From an uncultured Planctomycetaceae bacterium (GTDB taxonomy: Bacteria; Planctomycetota; Planctomycetia; Pirellulales; PALSA-1355): a stretch of DNA of 64,000 nucleotides. The notes under the pieces are model-generated. The model saw only the letters and a program-made list of their open reading frames with translations. It ran no database searches and was not told where the DNA came from. A program made the position numbers and the translations under genes. This document shows positions 23,501 through 34,492 of this stretch, piece after piece (the stretch's first letter is position 1; each line of letters opens with the position of its first letter). Where the stretch lies: contig CAWAUV010000008.1 in NCBI GenBank assembly GCA_963785305.1, positions 32,001 through 96,000 on the forward strand. The letters are read 5' to 3'.

Positions 23501-24294
23501 TGAATCCGAATACGATCGCCCATCAGAATCAGTTCAATATGGGTGGCGACACCTCGCCCACCGGTGGCAACACCGACACCAACGCGTTTATATGGAACGC
23601 GATCCTCAACGCCCCGCCGGTGAGCAATGCCTCGGGCAGCACCAGCGCCGCCCAGACGCTGGCCGGCCCCTTGTGGTCGAGCGTTTCCGCCAGCATTCAC
23701 AACAACAACACGAGCATGACCACCGGCGCCACGCCCTCGTGGTTCGCCAATCCCTTCCGCTCGGCCGCGGGCGCCGACTTGCAACTGCCGCCCGGCCTGC
23801 CGCTGCGCGGGGTCGATGTGACATTCTTGCGGCCCTATGGCTATGCAACTTCGGGCGCTGGCGGCGGGGCTTCGGCGCAAGGCATCACGAGCCCCTACCT
23901 GCTCTTCGACTTCCCGCCGGCCGAGATCGCCAACTCTGGCGGCGGCGGCGCTGGATCGAGCTCGCTCGTGGGCTCCTACAACGCTCCCGACCGGAATTCC
24001 TATTTCCGCTATCAAAACCTCCAGCGAATGGGCAACCTGCTGACCACGCGGTCGAATGTCTACGCGGTTTGGATCACGACCGGCTATTTCCAAGTCCAGC
24101 CGTGGAATGGCGGAGTGCCCGACTTCATCCATCCCGACGGCTACCAACTAGCCGACGAACTGGGCGCCGACAACGGCACGGTGGTCCGCCACCGCGGCTT
24201 CTACATGTTCGACCGCACGATTCCGGTCTGCTTCGAGCGCGGCGTCGACCACAACGTGGAAAAAGCGATCTTGCTCAAACGCTTCATCGAATGA
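17552..24294 (+). CDS. Giant (~2250 aa) PilX-like prepilin-type surface protein (apparent frameshift near 21790)
   Basis: HRRG|VLLLVVLSLLVLFSIIGVTFVLIA; WDVDNDGDGIADSIWID; SRLNVNAHG; AQWAINVVDFRDPD; C-terminal NLLTTRSNVYAVWITTGYF..RHRGFYMFDR; amino-acid composition continuous across the two ORFs. Confidence 0.85.
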
Positions 24295-24314
24295 GGAGCC
24301 AACACGGGAATTCA

Positions 24315-25595
24315 GCCACGGAAGAACAGAGGGGAAAGACAAAGAGAGAGATTTAGCCACGGAAGAACACGGAAAGGATAAGGAACGAAGGCCGGTTTCC
24401 GTGTTTGTTCCGTGTTTGTCCGTGGCCGATCTTTTTCTTACGCTTCATCGAGCGAACTACCGGGAAGAAAGAGTTGGCCACGGAAGAACACGGAAGGAAC
24501 ACGGAAAGGATAGGGAACGAAGGCCGTTTTCCGTGTTTGTTCCGTGTTTGTCCGTGGCCGATTTTTTCTTACGCTTCATCGAGCGAACTACCGGGAAGAA
24601 AGAGTTGGCCACGGAAGAACACGGAAGGAACACGGAAAGGATAGGGAACGAAGGCCGTTTTCCGTGTTTGTTCCGTGTTTGTCCGTGGCCGATTTTTTCT
24701 TACGCTTCATCGAGCGAACTACCGGGAAGAAAGAGTTGGCCACGGAAGAACACGGAAGGAACACGGAAAGGATAGGGAACGAAGGCCGTTTTCCGTGTTT
24801 GTTCCGTGTTTGTCCGTGGCCGATTTTTTCTTACGCTTCATCGAGCGAACTACCGGGAAGAGAGAGTTGGCCACGGAAGAACACGGAAGGAACACGGAAA
24901 GGATAGGGAACGAAGGCCGTTTTCCGTGTTTGTTCCGTGTTTGTCCGTGGCCGATTTTTTCTTACGCTTCATCGAGCGAACTACCGGGAAGAGAGAGTTG
25001 GCCACGGAAGAACACGGAAGGAACACGGAAAGGATAGGGAACGAAGGCCGTTTTCCGTGTTTGTTCCGTGTTTGTCCGTGGCCGATTTTTTCTTACGCTT
25101 CATCGAGCGAACTACCGGGAAGAAAGAGTTGGCCACGGAAGAACACGGAAGGAACACGGAAAGGATAGGGAACGAAGGCCGTTTTCCGCGTTTGTTCCGT
25201 GTTTGTCCGTGGCCGATCTTTTTCTTACGCTTCATCGAGCGAACTACCGGGAAGAGAGAGTTGGCCACGGAAGAACACGGAAGGAACACGGAAAGGATAG
25301 GGAACGAAGGCCGTTTTCCGTGTTTGTTCCGTGTTTGTCCGTGGCCGATTTTTTCTTACGCTTCATCGAGCGAACTACCGGGAAGAAAGAGTTGGCCACG
25401 GAAGAACACGGAAGGAACACGGAAAGGATAGGGAACGAAGGCCGTTTTCCGTGTTTGTTCCGTGTTTGTCCGTGGCCGATTTTTTCTTACGCTTCATCGA
25501 GCGAACTACCGGGAAGAAAGAGTTGGCCACGGAAGAACACGGAAGGAACACGGAAAGGGCGGGGAACGAGAGCGTTTTCCGTGTTTGTTCGTGGC
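24315..25595 (+). repeat. 131-bp tandem array, 10 hairpin units of the GCCACGGAA family
   Basis: GCCACGGAAG at 24356, 24477, 24608, 24739, 24870, 25001, 25132, 25264, 25395, 25526 (orphan arm at 24315); inverted arm TTTCCGTGTTTGTTCCGTGTTTGTCCGTGGCC. Confidence 0.97.
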
Positions 25596-25709
25596 TGCTT
25601 TCTTGGACATTTGATTCGGGCCGGCGCGTTGTTTGGCCGGAAAAAAACGCGATAATGCTTTTCGCGTTTTCTCCCCCACTCCCCCAAGCGTGTCAGGAGT
25701 TTTGCACCC

Positions 25710-26912
25710 ATGGCGAAAATCGTGTGCGTGTTGTACGACGATCCGGTGACCGGGTATCCGAAATCGTATGCTCGCGACGGGCTCCCCAAGCTCGACCGCT
25801 ATCCCGATGGCCAAGCCTTGCCCTCGCCCAAAAAGATCGACTTCACTCCCGGCGAGCTGCTCGGCAGCGTGTCGGGCGAGCTCGGACTGCGAAAGTTTCT
25901 CGAATCGCAGGGCCACACGCTCGTGGTCACCTCCGATAAAGACGGCGCCGGCTCGCGGCTCGACAAGGAACTGCCCGACGCCGATGTGGTGATCTCGCAG
26001 CCCTTCTGGCCAGCCTATATGACCGCCGAGCGGATCGCCAAGGCGCCCAAGTTGAAGTTGATCATCACCGCCGGCATCGGCTCCGACCACACCGATCTCG
26101 AAGCCGCGATCAAGCATGGAGTGACGGTGGCCGAGGTGACTTTTTGCAATAGCATCAGCGTGGCCGAGCATGTGGTGATGATGATTCTGGCCTTGGTGCG
26201 GAACTATATCCCTTCGCATCAATGGGTGCTCGACAAAGGCTGGAATATCGCCGACTGCGTGGCCCGATCGTACGATGTCGAGGGCATGCAGATCGGCACG
26301 GTGGCCGCCGGGCGCATCGGGCTGGCGGTGCTCAAGCGGCTCAAGCCGTTCGATGTGAAGCTGCACTACACGGATCGGCATCGCCTGCCCGAAAAGGTGG
26401 AGCAGGAGCTGGGGCTCACGTTTCATCGCGATGCGGCGTCGATGGTGGGCGTGTGCGATGTGGTGACGATCAATTGCCCGCTGCATCCCGAGACCGAGGG
26501 CTTATTCAACGACGCGATGCTCGCCAAGATGAAGCGAGGCGCCTACCTCATCAACACGGCCCGGGGCAAAATTTGCGACCGCGATGCGATTGTGCGGGCG
26601 CTCGAGAGCGGCCAACTGGCCGGCTACGCGGGCGATGTGTGGTTCCCGCAGCCGGCGCCCAAGGATCATCCCTGGCGCACGATGCCGCATCATGGCATGA
26701 CGCCGCATATTTCGGGCACATCGCTTTCGGCCCAAACCCGCTATGCGGCCGGCACGCGCGAGATTTTGGAATGCTGGTTCGAGAAGCGCCCGATTCGCGA
26801 CGAGTATTTGATTGTCGATGGCGGCAAACTCGCGGGCGTGGGCGCCCATTCCTATAGCCCCGGCAATGCGACCCGCGGCTCGGATGAAGCCGCGAAGTTC
26901 AAGTCGCGATAA
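25710..26912 (+). CDS. fdh: NAD-dependent formate dehydrogenase
   Basis: MAKIVCVLYDDP..GELLGSVSGELGLRKFLE, ISQPFWPAY, AAGRIG, YTDRH, WFPQPAP, MTPHISG; RBS AGGAG. Confidence 0.97.
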   Translation: MAKIVCVLYDDPVTGYPKSYARDGLPKLDRYPDGQALPSPKKIDFTPGELLGSVSGELGLRKFLESQGHTLVVTSDKDGAGSRLDKELPDADVVISQPFWPAYMTAERIAKAPKLKLIITAGIGSDHTDLEAAIKHGVTVAEVTFCNSISVAEHVVMMILALVRNYIPSHQWVLDKGWNIADCVARSYDVEGMQIGTVAAGRIGLAVLKRLKPFDVKLHYTDRHRLPEKVEQELGLTFHRDAASMVGVCDVVTINCPLHPETEGLFNDAMLAKMKRGAYLINTARGKICDRDAIVRALESGQLAGYAGDVWFPQPAPKDHPWRTMPHHGMTPHISGTSLSAQTRYAAGTREILECWFEKRPIRDEYLIVDGGKLAGVGAHSYSPGNATRGSDEAAKFKSR

Positions 26913-26947
26913 CGCGACAAGAACGACGAGTGCCGAAGCGTTAAGCA

Positions 26948-27423
26948 CAAGGAACTTTTCGCCACGGACGAACACGGAAACGCGCGAACGAAGGGCAATC
27001 TCCGGTCCGTGTTTCTTCCGTGTTCTTCCGTGGCTGATTTCTTGAATGCATCAACGAACGAGGACCGAGGAGAAATTCAGCCACGGAAGAACACGGAATG
27101 GACACGGAACGGGGCGGCTTCTCGGGCCTCACCCCCTGTTCTTTCGTGGCTGTTCTTTTTGTTGCAAGAAACTTTTCGCCGCGGACGAACACCGAACTGC
27201 GCTGTCGGGGGCAAGCTCCGGTCCGTGTTCTTCCGTGGCTGATTTCTTGAATGCATCATCGAACGAGAACCGAGGAGAAATTCAGCCACGGAAGAACACG
27301 GAATGGACACGGAAGGGGGCGGCTTCTCGGGCCTCACCCCCTGTTCTTTCGTGGCTGTTCTTTTTGTTGCAAGAAACTTTTCGCCGCGGACGAACACCGA
27401 ACTGCGCTGTCGGGGGCAAGCTC
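26948..27423 (+). repeat. ~205-bp tandem duplication (~2.3 units) of GCCACGGAA-family inverted repeats
   Basis: GATTTCTTGAATGCA recurs at 27036 and 27241; arms CAGCCACGGAAGAACACGGAA and CCGTGTTCTTCCGTGGCT. Confidence 0.9.
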
Positions 27424-27533
27424 GCAATGGCTGGACAGAATCCGTTTAGAGGTAGAGTCCGTTAAGATGCGGGCCGGTTGAGTCTTTCAAGAGCGAGAGG
27501 GCGCTGCCGGGTTCGACGCACGCCTTCCCGCGA

Positions 27534-28025
27534 TCAATCGACGACCGGCGCTTCCGGGCCCGATTCGTGCGTCACGGTGGGAATTTCGGGAGGCGCCGGC
27601 TCCTCGGCGGCACTCGGCTGGCTCACGGGGCGGGGATCGCCGCTGAATTTGCCCTCGCCTCGCGCGCCATCAACGCCGACGGGCTTGATGCCCGCTTTCT
27701 CCGTCGTTTTTTCGCGCTTTAGCGAAATCTCTGGACCGTGTTCCGAGATTTGCCCAGCCGCCGACGCCGATTCCGTCGACGATTCTCTTGATAAGGCCGC
27801 CTCGCTCCCGGGCAACGGATCGGCGATTCGCAAATATTCGAGCGAGATGTCGTACCAACCGGTGTTGTTCCAAGCGTCGAATTCGACGAGGGCCCGGCCA
27901 TTCATGTTGATGGTCTTGATCCGACCCACGACGCCCACGAACCGGGCGAGCTCGGGCCGATCGCCGATTACGACGACGCGCTGGTCGGTGTAGTCGCGTT
28001 TGAGTTGTTCAATCTCGTCGAACAT
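27534..28025 (-). CDS. Hypothetical protein (compact N-terminal domain, low-complexity tail)
   Basis: MFDEIEQLKRDYTDQRVVV..KTINMNGRALVEFD..GWYDI reads as a genuine globular domain. Confidence 0.75.
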   Translation of the reverse strand: MFDEIEQLKRDYTDQRVVVIGDRPELARFVGVVGRIKTINMNGRALVEFDAWNNTGWYDISLEYLRIADPLPGSEAALSRESSTESASAAGQISEHGPEISLKREKTTEKAGIKPVGVDGARGEGKFSGDPRPVSQPSAAEEPAPPEIPTVTHESGPEAPVVD

Positions 28026-28229
28026 AAGGCCGGAGCGGAGCGGGAAAACGTGGGCGCCCGAGCAACAAGCGGCGAACCGGCTTTTGATCGCCAGCCGGTT
28101 CGCCGCCGCTATTGTAGCCATGCGCCAACGGAGCGAAAGCCGAAGTCAGCGAACAGCGCGCCTCGCGACCGCCGATGGTTATCGTCCCCAGCCCGGTAGT
28201 GATCGCTGCCGCGTTCTTGGCCTTTTTGA

Positions 28230-28496
28230 CTACTTGGCCTTTTTAACATGGGCCTTGAACTCGTCGAGCGTCAGGTAGCCATCGCTGTCTTTGTCCTTGG
28301 CCTTAAACGTGGCCTCGGCGGCGGTGAGCTTATCGCCCTGCTTTTTGCCGACGAACTCCGACATGCTCAATTTGCCGTCGCCATCCTTGTCGAGCTTCTT
28401 GAAGACTTCTTCCGGATCTTTCTTCTCGGCGCCCATAGCCAAGGGGCCGCAGGAGAAACAAGCCGCCACGAGTGCAAACACGAACCAGCGACGCAT
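28230..28496 (-). CDS. Secreted EF-hand protein
   Basis: Signal peptide; DKDGDGKLSMSE and DKDSDGYLTLDE loops; RBS GAGGAG. Confidence 0.9.
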   Translation of the reverse strand: MRRWFVFALVAACFSCGPLAMGAEKKDPEEVFKKLDKDGDGKLSMSEFVGKKQGDKLTAAEATFKAKDKDSDGYLTLDEFKAHVKKAK

Positions 28497-28685
28497 AAAA
28501 GCTCCTCGACAAAAAAACCGACCGCACGAACAGAAAAACCGACCGACAAGCCATTGAACCGCGGCCAATGCGCAAGGCGCCGGTCGCGGGGGCGAAAAAA
28601 CGGAAAATTTTTCGCCTGCGGGCCGAAAACCGGCCGTCCTTCGCGCGTTTTCGAATCCCAAATTCAGCGCCACCGGCCCATTTCC

Positions 28686-28727
28686 AAACGAAAACGCCGC
28701 GGCGCTTTTTCAAGACGCCGCGGCGCT
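28686..28727 (-). terminator. Putative intrinsic terminator
   Basis: CGCCGCGGCG stem followed by TTTTCGTTT on the minus strand, ~40 nt after the stop at 28766. Confidence 0.55.
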
Positions 28728-28765
28728 GCGATCGATAATCGGGCTCGAAACTCGTGGAGCTGGGC

Positions 28766-29336
28766 TTACTTCAAAATCTTGCCGGTGTCGGCCACGATGC
28801 TCTTCACGGCGCTATCGTTCAACTGGCCGACCGCGAGGGCGTGGTTCGCCTCGACCTTGCCGCCCCGATAGATCAGCACCGTGACTTCCGCGTCGGGATT
28901 GATGTTGTAGCTCTCCGGACCGTTGGCGCTGTCGACCGGCACCACCAAGGCGACATTCTCGATGTTATTGTTCGACACCAAGTCCTTGGCCTCTTTCTTC
29001 AAGGTTTCGGGCTTCGAGCCGATCAGATTCACGAAGCTCGACAGCTTCTGATCCGAATTCTTCTCGACCGCCTTGTTCGAGCTCCTTGACCAGCGAAGCC
29101 AAGTTCTTGTCGGCCTTGCGGGCAAAGACCATGACCACCGGCTTGTTGCCGAGCATGCAGCGGTAACACAACTGCTTGCCGACCGACACATTGTCGTTCA
29201 CGGCGCCGGCCACTTTTTCGACGTAGAACGCGCCCACCATGTCGCCCACCTGAGGGCCGCTCTTGAGCTCGGCCGCCTGGGCGACGAGGGATCCGGCAAA
29301 CGCCAGGGCGCAAAACATTGCAACGACGTGCTTCAT
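28766..29336 (-). CDS. Secreted thioredoxin-like protein (apparent frameshift near 29080)
   Basis: Signal peptide MKHVVAMFCALAFAG; LKSGPQVGD; CYRC (CxxC); PVVMVFAR; YNINPDAEVTVLIY; RBS AGGAGA. Confidence 0.75.
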
Positions 29337-29746
29337 CGGGAATCTCCTAACTGGCAAAAAGAAAGTTTGAGGGGGCAAAAACAATGCGGGGGGCTAATGC
29401 AATGCGCGGGGGGAACGACGGCAAACTCACCCGGACTCGCGGGGGCAGCGAGGGGCCCGCCCATCGCGAAATCCAGCAAAAATACGCGGCTCGCGATGGT
29501 CCGCCTATTGTAGCGCCGCCACCGGGTCGGGCAATACCGCCGGCGCGGAGATAACGTGCGCCGGCATATGCCGGTCGAATTGCCATCGCTCGAATTGCAT
29601 CGCTCGGCGGCGGGCATAGAATAAGGGGAGTTGCATCGGCCCTCGGCAGGCGACAGCGCAGCCGCCAGGGCTCCCGAACAACGCCGTCGCCCCCCTGGCG
29701 GCGTTTCTCCTCCCCAATTCACCCTCGAATCGAAGGAACGCTCGCA

Positions 29747-31219
29747 ATGGCCACGCTCACTTCTCGCGCCGCGCAGCCCCAAGTGCGGCAAACGCAATGT
29801 TTCATCGGCGGACAATGGCAACCGGCCCAAAGCGGCAAGACTTTCGAGACGATGAACCCCGCCACCGAGGAAGTGATCGCCCAGGTGGCCGAGGGCGACG
29901 AAGCCGATGTGGACTTGGCCGTGGCCGCGGCGCGAGAGGCTTTTGATCATGGTCCCTGGCGCAAGATGGACGTGCGCGATCGGGGTCGCATTCTCTACAA
30001 GCTCGCCGATCTGATCGAAGACGAAATCGAGGAGCTCGCCGCGCTCGAAACCCTCGACAACGGCAAGCCGATCCGCGAATCGAGTTCCGGCGACTTGCCG
30101 CTCGTGATCGATGTGCTGCGATACTACGCGGGCTTCGCCGACAAGATTCACGGCCAAACGATCCCGGTGCGCGGCAACTACTTCACCTACACCCGCCGCG
30201 AGCCGGTGGGTGTGGCCGGGCAGATTATTCCCTGGAATTTTCCGATGCTGATGGTGGCCTGGAAATGGGCCCCCGCGCTCGCGGCTGGCTGCACGATCGT
30301 GATGAAGCCCGCCGAGCAAACACCGCTTACCTGCCTGCGCATGGCGCGGCTGGCGCAAAAAGCCGGCGTGCCCGACGGAGTGATCAATGTGGTGCCTGGC
30401 TACGGGCCCACGGCCGGCGCCGCGATCGTGAAGCATCGCGATGTCGACAAAGTAGCCTTCACCGGCGAGCATCGCACGGCGCAGATCATCATGCGCGACG
30501 CCAGCCAGACCCTCAAGCGACTCACCTTCGAGCTGGGTGGCAAGAGCCCGAATATCGTGTTTGCCGACGCCGATCTCGACGCCGCGGCGGCGGGAGCGCA
30601 TGTGGGCCTGTATCTCAATCAAGGCCAATGTTGCTGCGCCGGCAGCCGGCTGTTCGTCGAGGACAAGGTGCATGACAAATTGATCGACAAGCTGGTGGCG
30701 ATGAACAAGAGCCGCAAGCTCGGCGATCCGTTTGACCCGGCCACGGAGCAAGGCCCGCAGGTGGATCAAGCGCAGTTCGACAAGATCATGCGCTACATCG
30801 ACATTGGCAAGAGCGAAGGCGCCGAGTGCCTCAGCGGCGGCAAGCGGCACGGTCAGCGCGGCTACTACATCGAGCCGACTTTGTTCGCCGGCGTGACCGA
30901 TGAAATGACGATCGCCAAGGATGAGATCTTTGGCCCGGTGCTCTCCGTGCTCCGGTTCAAGAATGTCGACGACCTCGTGGAGCGCGGCAACAACACGATG
31001 TTTGGCCTCGCGGCCGGAGTGTGGACGCGCGACATCGGCAAGGCGCATCGGCTGGCCCATGAGCTTCGGGCCGGCACGGTGTGGATCAACTGCTACGATG
31101 TATTCGACGCCGGGGCGCCGTTTGGCGGCTTCAAGATGTCGGGCCTGGGGCGCGAGCTCGGCGAAAAAGGACTCGAAGCCTACACGGAAAACAAAACCGT
31201 CACCGTCAGTCTTGCCTGA
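29747..31219 (+). CDS. NAD-dependent aldehyde dehydrogenase (ALDH1/2-like)
   Basis: [49 protein letters not shown]. Confidence 0.97.
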   Translation: MATLTSRAAQPQVRQTQCFIGGQWQPAQSGKTFETMNPATEEVIAQVAEGDEADVDLAVAAAREAFDHGPWRKMDVRDRGRILYKLADLIEDEIEELAALETLDNGKPIRESSSGDLPLVIDVLRYYAGFADKIHGQTIPVRGNYFTYTRREPVGVAGQIIPWNFPMLMVAWKWAPALAAGCTIVMKPAEQTPLTCLRMARLAQKAGVPDGVINVVPGYGPTAGAAIVKHRDVDKVAFTGEHRTAQIIMRDASQTLKRLTFELGGKSPNIVFADADLDAAAAGAHVGLYLNQGQCCCAGSRLFVEDKVHDKLIDKLVAMNKSRKLGDPFDPATEQGPQVDQAQFDKIMRYIDIGKSEGAECLSGGKRHGQRGYYIEPTLFAGVTDEMTIAKDEIFGPVLSVLRFKNVDDLVERGNNTMFGLAAGVWTRDIGKAHRLAHELRAGTVWINCYDVFDAGAPFGGFKMSGLGRELGEKGLEAYTENKTVTVSLA

Positions 31220-31239
31220 CTCCGAGGGCCGCTCGAACC

Positions 31240-31854
31240 ATGGGGCCCGTGCGTTTTCGGCGATCCTTGCGTCGTGGGTGGTCGTGGCTCGTCGCGCGCC
31301 TGGGGTTCGGGCGGCGGATGCTGCCCACCGCGGCCCGCGGCGCGGCGCTTGCCGGCGCGCCGCTCGTGGTCACGGTCGTGGAACAAGACGGGTTCACGGT
31401 CACGCTCCCCGGCGCGTGGCGTCAGCGGCGCACGGCCGATGGTTGGGAACTGACCGAGGCCGAGGGTTCGCATCGTCTGACGATTCGCGCGAGGCAACTG
31501 CTCCTGCCGGTGGCCGATGGCGCTTTGGCGGGCTTGGTTGACCGGCTATTCGAGGAACATCGGCGATGGGCGATGAGCGTTGGCGCCGATTTGGTGTGGG
31601 CCGACGCCCCGCCCGTGGCCACCGCGCATCGGGCTCAGCGGCGTGGCGTGGGCGAGTGCCCGCGCGATACGCTCCGCGTGGCCCTGCTGACCCGCTCCGA
31701 TGGCAGGCAAATGCTCTCGGCCTCGCTCGTATGTCGTAATTTAGAGAGTCGTGGCACATCGAGCTCGGCGGCCTTCGGCGCCTTGGCGGCGGCGGTGTTC
31801 GACCAGCTCGATCTTCGCGGCGATCGCAAGTCCAACGGCCGGCGAAGTCATTGA
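31240..31854 (+). CDS. Hypothetical protein
   Basis: Open frame directly after the ALDH gene; no recognised motif. Confidence 0.4.
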   Translation: MGPVRFRRSLRRGWSWLVARLGFGRRMLPTAARGAALAGAPLVVTVVEQDGFTVTLPGAWRQRRTADGWELTEAEGSHRLTIRARQLLLPVADGALAGLVDRLFEEHRRWAMSVGADLVWADAPPVATAHRAQRRGVGECPRDTLRVALLTRSDGRQMLSASLVCRNLESRGTSSSAAFGALAAAVFDQLDLRGDRKSNGRRSH

Positions 31855-32392
31855 AGCGACGCGGCACGCGCCGCCGACGCGAGAGCGCGGCCGCCGATCG
31901 GCGTCGGGAGCATGCTAGCAGCCTGCCGAATATTTCAACAGGCTTGCTAGCACGGGGCGCTCGTCGGCGACTGGCGGTCGCCATTCGCGGCGATTCGCGG
32001 CATGGGCGGTGTCGACGAATTGGGCGCGGATCGCTCCCTGGCCGAGCGTGGAGTCCCGCCGCGAGGCGCGCCCCAACCGCTTTAGTCGGCATAAATGGCG
32101 CTTGGAGCGCGTTTTTGTATCCATCGCGGGGCGTCTTTAGAACGCTTATGCCACGAGCGCCGCCGATGAACGTTATACCGGCCGCGACCGCCTTGCGAGT
32201 TGTGCCTGCCGCGACGCGCCGGACCTACCAACGCCAATTTCGCTGGATTCGCGGTCTCGTATCGCCAGGATCGACATTTTTCCACTCGGCGGGAATGGAT
32301 ATACTAGGGACTTGACCACGCGCGGCGTGACCCTGCCCGCTCCCGCGGTCGCTTGCCGTGGAACACGGTTTAGATAAAGAGAATGGATTCTC

Positions 32393-33522
32393 ATGGTCAT
32401 CATCAACTCGCCCCATGCGTCGTCGCACGCTCCTCCCGCCGAGCTCCTGCTGCCCGAACATGCCTATCGCCATGGCCGGGCCTACGATTCGTATTTGTCG
32501 GTCGAGCCGGATCGGAGCGTGTTTAGCTCCCGCGCGGTTCCCGGCTCGGTGGCCTATGTCAAGGAAGGCCGCTTCTTGCAAGTGGCCGGCGGACTGCTGA
32601 CAGCGCCGGAACATCGGGCAAATCTGTTGGTCGATTTTCTCGATTTGCGCGGCGGCAGCGGTACTTCGTCACGTTTTATAATTTGCTGAGCGACGACTTG
32701 CCGCTATTTCGCGAGCATGGTTTTCAAGTCACGAAGTGGGGCGAGGAAGCGCTGATCGATCTCGACGCCTGCTCCTGGCAGGGCAAGGCCTTCGAATGGG
32801 TGCGGCGTCAATCGAATTACTGCCAGCGCAAGGGGCTCGTGGTTTACGAATATCTGCCGGGCAAGCTCCCGGCCACGGAGGCCACGCGGCTCGAAGATGA
32901 AATGCGCGACGTGGCCAGCCAAGCGCTGGCTTCGCGTCCGCAGCGCGGCGAAGTGCGATTCATGGAAGGCAGCTTTGATCCCGAACGACTCGGCCACCGG
33001 CGGCTGTTCATGACTCGGGCCGAGGGCGGCGCGGGGCGAGTCGAGAGTCTGCTGGTTTGCAACCCGGGACAGGCCGGAGCGCTCTGGGCCTTTGAGCTTT
33101 ACCGTTATCGTCGCGACGCGGTCCGCGGCGCGGTGCCGTACTTGATGCATCAGGTGATGCGGCAGCTTAAGCACGAGGGCGCCGAGCGAATCTCGCTCTG
33201 CCTGATTCCCGGGCAGAATTGCGGCGCGCCGCTCGAGGGCGATAGCCGCCTCACGCGCTGGGCGCTGATGATCGGCAGCCGCTACTTCAATTTCATCTTC
33301 GACACCACCGGCACCGCGTATTTCAAAAGCCGGTTTCGCCCCCGCTACGAGCCGCGCTATATTGCCGCTTGGCCGCGACAAACGCTCAGCTCGGCTTGGG
33401 CCTTCGTCAAGGCAACCGGCGTGCTCGAGCTCGACTACGGCAAAACGCTCCGCTTGGCGGCCAACGGCGCCGCGCGGACCTGCGGCAAACTGTTTGTTCG
33501 CGGCAACGGCGATTGTCAGTAA
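32393..33522 (+). CDS. DUF2156 / phosphatidylglycerol lysyltransferase C-terminal-like protein (apparent frameshift near 32650)
   Basis: KWGEEALIDL, WQGKAFEWVRRQSN, YRYRRDAVRG, G..YFKSRFRPRYEPRYI. Confidence 0.8.
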
Positions 33523-33641
33523 AAGGCGGTTGCAAGTTTGTCGGGGCTTGATTCGCGCACGGTTCGCTTGGCGCCTTGCTTGATTTCTCCGTCAAAATCC
33601 TCAACCGGCCAGATTCCGAGCCGACAACCTTCGAGTGTCGC

Positions 33642-34434
33642 ATGCCCAAGTCCCTGTTTCCGCGCCGCGCGATCATCACCGGCGCTTCGAGCGGCATTGG
33701 ACTGGAGCTCGCCAAGCTGTTCGCGGCCGATGGCTGGTCGCTGGTGCTCGCGGCTCGCGATGAGGCGAAGCTCGCCGCGCTGGCCGCGGAACTCCGCGCC
33801 AAGCACGGCGGTGAAGTCGACGTGACGCCGATCGATCTTGCCGAGCCTGGCGCCGCCGAGCGGCTCCACATCGCCGCCACCGCCGGCGGCCGACTCGTCA
33901 CCGGGCTCGTGAACAACGCCGGCTTCGGCATCCATGGGCCCTACGCGGCCGCGGAATTGCCGGCGATCGAGAAACTGATTCAACTCAATGTCGCGGCTTC
34001 CGCGGCGATGCTGCGACTCGTGTTGCCCGAGATGGTGAGCCGCCGCGGGGGAATGATCCTGAATGTGGCGTCGGCGGCGGCCTTCCAGCCTGGTCCGCTC
34101 ATGGCCGTGTACTTCGCCTCGAAGGCGTTCGTGCTGCATCTCTCGGAAGCGGTGGCCGAGGAAGTGGCCCCGGCGGGCATCCATGTCACGGCGCGTCTGT
34201 CCCGGCCCGGTAAAGACCGACTTTGCCCGCCGGGCCGCGATGGAAGACGTGCAAATGTTCAAGGGCTCGATCCTCAGCGCCGAGCGCGTGGCTCGCGAGG
34301 GCTACCGCGGAATGCTCGCGGGCAAGCGGATCGTGATCCCGGGCGCGAAATACAAACTCCTCCAATTCGCCGGCCGCTTCGCGCCGCGCGCGCTAGTCGC
34401 CAAAATGGCGATGCACATGCAGACGCACAAATAG
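33642..34434 (+). CDS. Short-chain dehydrogenase/reductase (apparent frameshift near 34195)
   Basis: ITGASSGIG, VNNAGFG, NVAS, YFASK; CPGPVKTDF in the shifted frame. Confidence 0.9.
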
Positions 34435-34492
34435 CTCCGCGACGGCGCGATACGCCTGCCGCGCGATCAGGGGAAAACTTCCGATTCGCGAT

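Noticed and set aside
24315..25595. CRISPR array or protein-coding repeat
   Set aside because: No variable spacers; the 131-bp period cycles through reading frames, giving spurious repeated ORFs
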